Positions 57,906 through 64,000 of a stretch of 64,000 bases of DNA are shown here, one piece after another. Source of the stretch: Candidatus Delongbacteria bacterium (GTDB lineage Bacteria > CAIWAD01); contig OY760505.1 in NCBI GenBank assembly GCA_963663545.1, positions 1,477,937-1,541,936 on the forward strand. Reading direction: 5' to 3'. Position numbers and translations under genes: made by a program. Below the pieces are notes generated by a model. It saw nothing but the letters and a program-made list of their open reading frames with translations, was not told the origin of the DNA and ran no database searches. Within the stretch, counting starts at the first letter, position 1. Every line of letters starts with the position of its first letter.

Positions 57906-58347
57906 TCAACTCCCCGCCGGTGACGAGCATCATCAGCAAGCGAACGCAAGAGGCCACCAGCAACAGGCACATCAGGGTTTTGAAGACGCCCTGCTTGTCC
58001 ATCCAGTTGGCAATTAGGCCGGGGATAATGAATCCAACAGCCTGAAACTGCAGATCAACGCCAAAGGTGTCGTAGAAAATCGCCTGACGCGAAAAGTAAC
58101 CCATTACAAATCCCAGCAGAATGCAGAGGATCAGGCGGCGGCGTCCGTAGATAAACATGAAGGAGCTCAGACCGCGCACGATACCGAAAGTGATAAAGCT
58201 GACCAGGAAGGTTCCCAGCAGGCGCGTGGGCTCATGCATCTGCAGGGCCACATAGCCGGGGACCACGAGTCCGCCCGCGCTGACACCCACAACCTCCTGG
58301 AACACCATACTCAGGATGACTCCCAGGCCCACAGAGATCTCAATCAC
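57892..58347 (-). CDS. pgsC: Poly-gamma-glutamate biosynthesis protein PgsC/CapC
   Basis: 151 aa integral membrane protein; CapC-like sequence (MIEISVGLGVILS...GFIIPGLIANW). Confidence 0.75.
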   Translation of the reverse strand: MIEISVGLGVILSMVFQEVVGVSAGGLVVPGYVALQMHEPTRLLGTFLVSFITFGIVRGLSSFMFIYGRRRLILCILLGFVMGYFSRQAIFYDTFGVDLQFQAVGFIIPGLIANWMDKQGVFKTLMCLLLVASCVRLLMMLVTGGELIAHV

Positions 58348-59510
58348 GAACGGCTCCTTTCCTGGAAGTAATGTGCAACTTCATGTCCGCCTCCGTGGAC
58401 GTTGCCGATGCCGTAGACGCCCATCTTGTGGAAGGGCAGCTGGGCAATAGTGTTGTAGACGACTTCGGGATAGACCAGACCGAGGCCGATGACCTTATCC
58501 GGCTTCATCCCCAGTTTCCAGCAGTAGGTCAGCAGGCGATCGGTACTTTCTCCGATGAGCACCAGCCGCTCGTACTGCGTATTCTCGTGCACCATTTCTA
58601 CTAGCTGCAGACTGCGCTCGTAGCGATCCTGCCGCGTGTTGAGCATAAAGATGGTCGCACCCGGATTTTCCTCGTGGGCGATCACGCGTTCCCAGATGGC
58701 CAGCGTGCTCTCCGGGTCGTTTGCCGCCAGCGCATTGACGAATACCAGTTCCTTGCCCTCGTGATTCACGCGATGCAGCTGCAGAGCGCCGCAATCAGGC
58801 CGCGCCTTCAACATGCCACGCAGCGCCGTATCACGATCGATACCAAGCTCGGCGGCAACGGCCATGGCCAGGGCGACATTCTCCTTGTGCTCGATGTAAC
58901 CGAACTGGCGCATGTCCTCGTCGGTCACGACCGCATCGGTCACTTCGTGCAGCATGGTGCCACGCTTGCCGGCGACTTTCTGCATCAGCCCGATCAGCTT
59001 GTGCTCGCAGGTGTAAGCCACCTTGTTGCTGGGCAGGCTGTTGCACAAACTGCGTGCGACATTCTGCACCGTCGGCCCCATTTCGCGCAGGTGGTCGGGA
59101 CGCGCATTCGTAATGACGCCGATGGTCGAATGCACCATGCGATGCTCAGCAACCCACTGATACTCCGGCATTACCGCCATGCACTCAATCACCATTGCCT
59201 GCGGTTTGCGCTTTGCCGCGAAGGCAAACACACGCACCTGTTCAATGATGTTGGCGCCGCGCGCGCGATAGATGGGAATCTCTCGCCCGTCTTCCAGAAG
59301 CACCCGAGGAGCGCTACCGGTGGTTTTGGCGATGGTTCGGATTCCACCCTCGCACAATGCGCCGTGGATCAATCGCGTTACACTTGATTTCCCGCGGGTG
59401 CCATTGACGTGAATGCGATGAGGAATCGAGTGGATGACCGAGTAATGTCGGCGTAGTTCGTAGATGCCCAGCAGGATGAGCGCCAGGACAAGACAAACGA
59501 TGATCAGCAT
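58344..59510 (-). CDS. pgsB: Poly-gamma-glutamate synthase PgsB/CapB (Mur ligase family)
   Basis: N-terminal TM, ATP-binding motif HVNGTRGKSSVTRLI, 388 aa. Confidence 0.8.
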   Translation of the reverse strand: MLIIVCLVLALILLGIYELRRHYSVIHSIPHRIHVNGTRGKSSVTRLIHGALCEGGIRTIAKTTGSAPRVLLEDGREIPIYRARGANIIEQVRVFAFAAKRKPQAMVIECMAVMPEYQWVAEHRMVHSTIGVITNARPDHLREMGPTVQNVARSLCNSLPSNKVAYTCEHKLIGLMQKVAGKRGTMLHEVTDAVVTDEDMRQFGYIEHKENVALAMAVAAELGIDRDTALRGMLKARPDCGALQLHRVNHEGKELVFVNALAANDPESTLAIWERVIAHEENPGATIFMLNTRQDRYERSLQLVEMVHENTQYERLVLIGESTDRLLTYCWKLGMKPDKVIGLGLVYPEVVYNTIAQLPFHKMGVYGIGNVHGGGHEVAHYFQERSRS

Positions 59511-59856
59511 AGTTGGTTGGACGATATCCCGTCGAACCCCTGCGGGTGCAGAAGGTCGACATTCACATTTCTTTTGACACCGCTACCGAAGGTTGGCGAT
59601 GTAGTTTTCAATAGACAAGCAGCCGCTTCGCTTCTCATGCGAAAAACGAAAGCCGTTTTAATGCAGAAATTGCGCCAGAACACGAATTGCATCCTCGCCT
59701 TCGTCAAAGCTTCTATTCAAGCCCATCTCGGCCCATTGCGGCCTGGAAAAGGCAATTCGGACTGTCTGAAGAAACTCTCACAACTGATAAATCCCGCACA
59801 CTGCGTATAGCGCGCTTTTCACACCGCACAGCGGGTGGGGTTCAACTCGCGAAGAG

Positions 59857-60576
59857 CTAATCCTCCAGGAAGTACTCAACGGTGTTCACGACGCGCACGA
59901 CCTTCAGCTCGGGGCTATTACGATCGCGCTCGTCTATGGAGAAAAGGCCCTGGCTTGCACGGCGGATGCGCCCGACCTCGGATCCCGAATCGTGGGCGAA
60001 CTGCTCGGCGGCGTCGCGTGCGTTCAGCGTTGCCTGGGCAATCATCTCAGGCTTGATGGCATTCAGGCCAGTAAAAAGGAACTCGGTAGGGTTCTCCCAA
60101 GACTGGTTGGTCAGTGCGATCCCTTGCCCCACAAGACTCGGCGTCTGCTCCATCGCCTGGCGCACCAGGTCCACTTTTTGTGTACGCGTTGTCACAACAC
60201 CCTGGGCGCGATAGCGGAACTGGGGTGCATTATCTCGTGAGCCGTAGAACTCGGCGCGCGTATCCTGAATCTGCGGCGAGGGCATGCTGATGTCGGCGCG
60301 TTCGAAGCCCATTTTCGTGAGGAATCCCACAATCAGTTCGCGTTGATGGTCGATTTCTCGCTGCAAGCTTTGTAGGTCGTTATCTGTGACGACAAAGCTG
60401 ATGGGCCAGATGGCCAGATCGGCTTGCACTTCGCGCTCCGCCAGCCCTTTGACGGTCACGAAGCGATCTCCGCTGCGACTTGCCTTGAAGCCCTGCCCCA
60501 CCAACAATCCTGCTAGCGCGATTCCGACCGCGACAAGCAGAGCGGGCACGATCAGGGAACGATGCTCAGATAGCAT
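59857..60576 (-). CDS. SIMPL-domain (DUF541/YggE-like) protein
   Basis: Single N-terminal TM followed by a SIMPL-like domain; the start is at the internal Met (MLSEHRSL). Confidence 0.55.
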   Translation of the reverse strand: MLSEHRSLIVPALLVAVGIALAGLLVGQGFKASRSGDRFVTVKGLAEREVQADLAIWPISFVVTDNDLQSLQREIDHQRELIVGFLTKMGFERADISMPSPQIQDTRAEFYGSRDNAPQFRYRAQGVVTTRTQKVDLVRQAMEQTPSLVGQGIALTNQSWENPTEFLFTGLNAIKPEMIAQATLNARDAAEQFAHDSGSEVGRIRRASQGLFSIDERDRNSPELKVVRVVNTVEYFLED

Positions 60577-60699
60577 GATATCCTCCGTTTCGGCATGCAA
60601 AACACCCGCACACAATGTAGCAAGAGCGTAGCGGCACAAGGACCCCGGACTACGGCCTTGCCGTGGCAATTGTACCTTACGGCAAACACGGGAGGAAGC

Positions 60700-61674
60700 A
60701 TGAGCACAGAGCGCGGACGCGTGCTGGTTACCGGAGCGAGTGGTTTCATTGGCTCGCATCTGGCCGAAAGCCTTCTAGCAAGCGGAAAAGAGGTTCGCCT
60801 CTTTTTGCGCTACAGCTCCCTTCCCGTGGAACAGCTTCTTCCTGAAGCCTTGCGGGCCTGCGAGGCAGTGCGCGGCGATATTCGCGATAGCGCAGCGCTA
60901 CTCCGGGCGATGGAGGGCATGGACACCGTGTATCACCTGGCAGCACTCGTGGGTATCCCATACAGCTACGAATGTCCGGCGGAGGTATTCTCGGTCAATG
61001 CTGCTGGAACTGCGGCTGTCCTGGATGCCGCGCTGAAGTGCGATGTGTCACGCCTTGTACTGACTTCCACCAGCGAAGTCTACGGCAGTGCTCAAACAGT
61101 GCCCATTCGCGAAGATCATCCGCTTAACGCGCAATCTCCCTACGCCGCAAGCAAGGTGGCCGCCGACCAGTTGGGGCTTTCCTACCATCGCAGCTTCGGG
61201 CTTCCCGTAGCCATACTGCGCCCCTTCAACACCTACGGACCGAGACAGAGTGCACGCGCTGTGATACCGACCGTGATACAACAGGCGTTGACCGGCAAGG
61301 AAATTCTGCTTGGTACGACAAGCAGTACGCGCGATTTTAGCTACGTGCAGGATACGGTGGATGCATTTATTGCAGCAGGTTCAAGTCCCGAAGCCGTAGG
61401 CTGTATCACGCAGACGGGAAGCGGCCGCGAAGTCAGCATCGGTGATTTGGTACAGATGGTAGGGCGAATTCTAGCGCGCGATCTAATGATTGTGTCACGC
61501 GATGAGCGACTTCGTCCACAGGCCAGCGAAGTGCAACGCCTCATCTGCGATGCTACGCTCGCAAAAGAGCGTCTTGGCTGGAGCAGCAGGGTCAGCCTGG
61601 AAGAAGGTCTGGCACGAACCATTGACTGGCTGCGTGATCATCCACAGCATCTGGGCAAGGGCTATCAACGGTAA
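60700..61674 (+). CDS. NAD-dependent epimerase/dehydratase (extended SDR family)
   Basis: VLVTGASGFIGSHL Rossmann motif and YAASK catalytic motif. GGAGGA RBS upstream of ATG 60700. Confidence 0.8.
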   Translation: MSTERGRVLVTGASGFIGSHLAESLLASGKEVRLFLRYSSLPVEQLLPEALRACEAVRGDIRDSAALLRAMEGMDTVYHLAALVGIPYSYECPAEVFSVNAAGTAAVLDAALKCDVSRLVLTSTSEVYGSAQTVPIREDHPLNAQSPYAASKVAADQLGLSYHRSFGLPVAILRPFNTYGPRQSARAVIPTVIQQALTGKEILLGTTSSTRDFSYVQDTVDAFIAAGSSPEAVGCITQTGSGREVSIGDLVQMVGRILARDLMIVSRDERLRPQASEVQRLICDATLAKERLGWSSRVSLEEGLARTIDWLRDHPQHLGKGYQR

Positions 61675-61681
61675 GCTGATT

Positions 61682-62131
61682 GTGATACAAGCTGAAATCG
61701 ACATCCAATCCATCCTGCAGGAGCTTGATCCGGGCCCCGGCTATGAGCTGGTTGGTGTCGGGATTGATGTGGAAGAATTGGAACGTTTGCAGGAAGTAAT
61801 GGCGCGTCGGCCCCGATTCATTCAACGTTGGTTCAGTAAGCCCGAGCAAATGCAGGTTGAGTCAGCAATTGTTCCCGCCGCTGATGCACTGTTTCGCTTC
61901 TGCCTGAAAGAGGCTGTAATCAAGGCTTGTTGGCCTGAAGTTCAACTCACTCCCGCACAAGTCGATACTAGCGATTGCGGCATAGAGCAGGTCTGCGAAC
62001 CACGTATCACAAAAAGCGCCAACTCGCTGTTTGTCTATGCCAAATGTCGATTTGATGTGGATCACGCCTTGGCGTGGGCTGTGTGTTACAACGGGGCGAA
62101 GCAAGTCTCCGCCCCGTCGCATGGTGTCTAA
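61682..62131 (+). CDS. 4'-phosphopantetheinyl transferase (AcpS-like)
   Basis: GVGIDVEELERL motif. The start is probably GTG 61682, just after the epimerase stop. Confidence 0.55.
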   Translation: MIQAEIDIQSILQELDPGPGYELVGVGIDVEELERLQEVMARRPRFIQRWFSKPEQMQVESAIVPAADALFRFCLKEAVIKACWPEVQLTPAQVDTSDCGIEQVCEPRITKSANSLFVYAKCRFDVDHALAWAVCYNGAKQVSAPSHGV

Positions 62132-63510
62132 CTGAAGTTCAACGTGGCGTTGTGTTTGGGTTTGTGTGATGCAAACCCTGGCCGTCCCATACCGCCGTAG
62201 GTCAGAACTTTACCCGCTTCCACACCAGGCTGATCAAAAGTATTGATGCCCATCAGCTCACCGTTGATAAAGGTCTCCAGCATAAAGAACTGGAAGAGCT
62301 GTCCCAGGTAGTAGGCGTCTACTTTGGGTAGTACCAGCGTGCGTGATCCACGACCGGCCTCCAAAAGCGCTTCCGCGGTGGATTCCTGCTCAACATTAAT
62401 CAGGCGCCCCATTTCCTGTCCGCCCAGATAAGCAACGGCGTCGTGCTGGACGAACTCCTTGCCGATGGGGCAGGGTTTGCGGAACTCATTGACGCGAATG
62501 AAGCTCACCAGCTTGTCTGTCGGACCTTCCATGAAGAGCTGCAGCAGACTATGCTGATCTGCGGCCCCAAGGGCACCCAGCGGCGTTGAGCCACTGTACA
62601 CGACTTCACCGGCGTTGTTGTACTTCTTACCCAGGCTTTCTCCCCAGAGCTGCACATACCAGTTGGCGACAAAGCGCAGTGCGCGCGCATAGGGCATGAC
62701 CACATTCACACTGTGGTTGTTGCGGAACCAATCCCAAGCCATGACACTTGCGGTCATTACGCGGTTCTGTTCAAGCGAAGTCTCGGCTGTATCACGCGTG
62801 ATATCCTCAGCACCGGATAAGAGCGCCCGGATATCGAGTCCCAGCATGGCTGCCGGAAACAGGCCAACCGCAGATAGCAACGAAAAGCGACCGCCCGTCT
62901 TGGGCGGAATGGGTAGCACGGCAATCTGCTCTTCGCGACCGATGCGCTGCAGAAGGCCGTCGCCGTCATCGGTAGTCAACACGAAGTGCTGGTTCCACGT
63001 ATCACCAAGCGTCCTGCGAAAGTGATCGGCCACGCTCATAAAATTCGCCGCCGTCTCCGCCGTCGTGCCCGATTTACTGACAACGTTCACAAGAGTCTTG
63101 GCAGGGTCAAGCTGCTCCAGCACTTCCGTCAGCGCGTCGGGATCGCTGTTGTCAAGGAAGTGAAAACGCGGGCGACCGGCACGAACACCTTCCAGCTCGT
63201 TCCAGGCACTGTGACACAAGGCAGCCTGAATAGCGATGGTCCCCCAAGTGCTGCCGCCGATGCCAATCAGCAGGAAGTCCGAAAAACGTCCTTCCAGGCG
63301 AGCAACGAGCTCCTCAACGGTCTTCACTTCGGGACGTAAAAATGTATTCGCAAAGGTGCCGGTGTCACTGGCCACCATTTGCGACAATCTCTGCTGAATC
63401 TGCTGTAGAGCTTCACGCTGCTCGGCCACAAGTCCGGAGCGCACCCCGGTACCTTCCGGCAGGTTCTCCTTCAGCATTCGGGTCAAATCAATCTGGATCA
63501 GGTTCGGCAT
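62128..63510 (-). CDS. pgi: Glucose-6-phosphate isomerase
   Basis: PGI motifs (GGRFSLLSAVGLFPAAMLG, FLDNSDPD); 460 aa. Confidence 0.85.
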   Translation of the reverse strand: MPNLIQIDLTRMLKENLPEGTGVRSGLVAEQREALQQIQQRLSQMVASDTGTFANTFLRPEVKTVEELVARLEGRFSDFLLIGIGGSTWGTIAIQAALCHSAWNELEGVRAGRPRFHFLDNSDPDALTEVLEQLDPAKTLVNVVSKSGTTAETAANFMSVADHFRRTLGDTWNQHFVLTTDDGDGLLQRIGREEQIAVLPIPPKTGGRFSLLSAVGLFPAAMLGLDIRALLSGAEDITRDTAETSLEQNRVMTASVMAWDWFRNNHSVNVVMPYARALRFVANWYVQLWGESLGKKYNNAGEVVYSGSTPLGALGAADQHSLLQLFMEGPTDKLVSFIRVNEFRKPCPIGKEFVQHDAVAYLGGQEMGRLINVEQESTAEALLEAGRGSRTLVLPKVDAYYLGQLFQFFMLETFINGELMGINTFDQPGVEAGKVLTYGGMGRPGFASHKPKHNATLNFS

Positions 63511-63520
63511 GGATCCTCCA

Positions 63521-63550
63521 ACAAAGAAAAAGCCACCTGCTTCAGGTGGC
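63521..63550 (-). terminator. Rho-independent terminator
   Basis: GCCACCTG-ctt-CAGGTGGC hairpin followed on the minus strand by a T-run. Confidence 0.55.
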
Positions 63551-63688
63551 GTTAACTGTCAACAACGCAGTCGAAGCTCTCACCGACAAAAGTATGAAAG
63601 GCTCCCTAGCACAAAACTGCACTGTGCAAACCCCCAGCGGCTTGCACGAATGACAAGCTAATCAAGCCTGCGACTGTGGGCGAAGATA

Positions 63689-63853
63689 TTACTTCTTAGG
63701 CTGCTTGTTCTCGTTCGGCAGAATCTTGTACATGCCAGCGCCACAATTGGGGCAGACTCCACGTACAGCGTTACGGCCATTCTTCATGGACAGTTTTACA
63801 ACGTCCTTCATCTCGCGGTGATCACGGCACCGCATGCAATATCCCTGATAGCT
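63689..63853 (-). CDS. Small zinc-ribbon protein
   Basis: 54 aa with CxxC...CxxC (CMRCRD...CPNCGAGM). Confidence 0.45.
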   Translation of the reverse strand, partial: SYQGYCMRCRDHREMKDVVKLSMKNGRNAVRGVCPNCGAGMYKILPNENKQPKK

Positions 63854-64000
63854 CATCTGACTCCTCCCGATGTTCACTACACGAATATGGAAAGCTGAAT
63901 CCGCTTCGCGCAACAGAAAAGCAACGCGTTCAACAATCCTTCTTGCCTGTGTCCCTTCGCTTTGAAGCCGCTTGCATAGGTCGTTTGAAATAGAACACTA

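Noticed and set aside
1-64000. CRISPR arrays, transposases, integrases, phage genes
   Set aside because: No regularly spaced direct repeats with unique spacers were seen, and no ORF has transposase, integrase or phage structural motifs.

Overview
The window is a 64 kb, roughly 59% GC bacterial chromosomal segment with dense, mostly minus-strand coding. It probably comes from a member of the FCB superphylum: three type-A T9SS C-terminal sorting domains are present, the primary sigma factor is Bacteroidetes-like and lacks region 1.1, and Shine-Dalgarno sites are used. No transposase, integrase, phage gene or CRISPR array was seen.

Annotated content, in order along the window:
- Core genes: relA/spoT, dnaB, a family-4 UDG, coaBC, rpoZ, gmk, yicC, a sigA-like sigma factor and htrA.
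- A cell-wall cluster: a NamZ-like DUF1343 protein, a PBP4-like peptidase and a tandem GT2 glycosyltransferase.
- A T9SS cargo cluster of four secreted proteins.
- An Omp85-family protein next to a BNR propeller protein.
- A nucleoside-salvage operon (ushA-like, AMMECR1, cdd, udk, tdk, nupC, punA).
- lipA, an M13 peptidase, tRNA-Lys(UUU), a NYN/YacP-like protein and rnz.
- lat with a divergent AraC/GyrI regulator, then nadE, rsmI, lgt, tmk, ctpA, an MtnX-like HAD phosphatase, a cystathionine lyase and a citrate-synthase-like protein.
- A tripartite hipBST toxin-antitoxin module.
- A five-gene poly-gamma-glutamate operon (pgsB, pgsC, a PGA system protein, a periplasmic protein and an outer-membrane barrel).
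- A SIMPL protein, an SDR epimerase, a phosphopantetheinyl transferase and pgi.

Observations worth a second look:
- The non-palindromic octamer GTGATACA (TGTATCAC on the other strand) occurs about 84 times by its 7-mer core against about 8 expected. It appears on both strands, in several reading frames and in intergenic DNA, often forcing rare codons. This is a DNA-level signal comparable in density to DUS/USS or cyanobacterial HIP1. There are statistically improbable motif-free islands.
- Two tandem paralogous lipoproteins fuse a catalytically degenerate 5'-nucleotidase-like domain to a tri-heme cytochrome c. One carries an in-frame TGA followed 11 nt later by a SECIS-like hairpin with a GGUC loop; this is either a pseudogene or a selenoprotein candidate.
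- The PGA operon is extended with putative export components.
- The hipBST module has three operator-like direct repeats phased at 40 bp.
- AMMECR1 is embedded in the nucleoside-salvage operon.
- An rnz, NYN-domain and tRNA-Lys cluster is co-directional.
- A degraded islet contains an orphan T9SS sorting-domain fragment.
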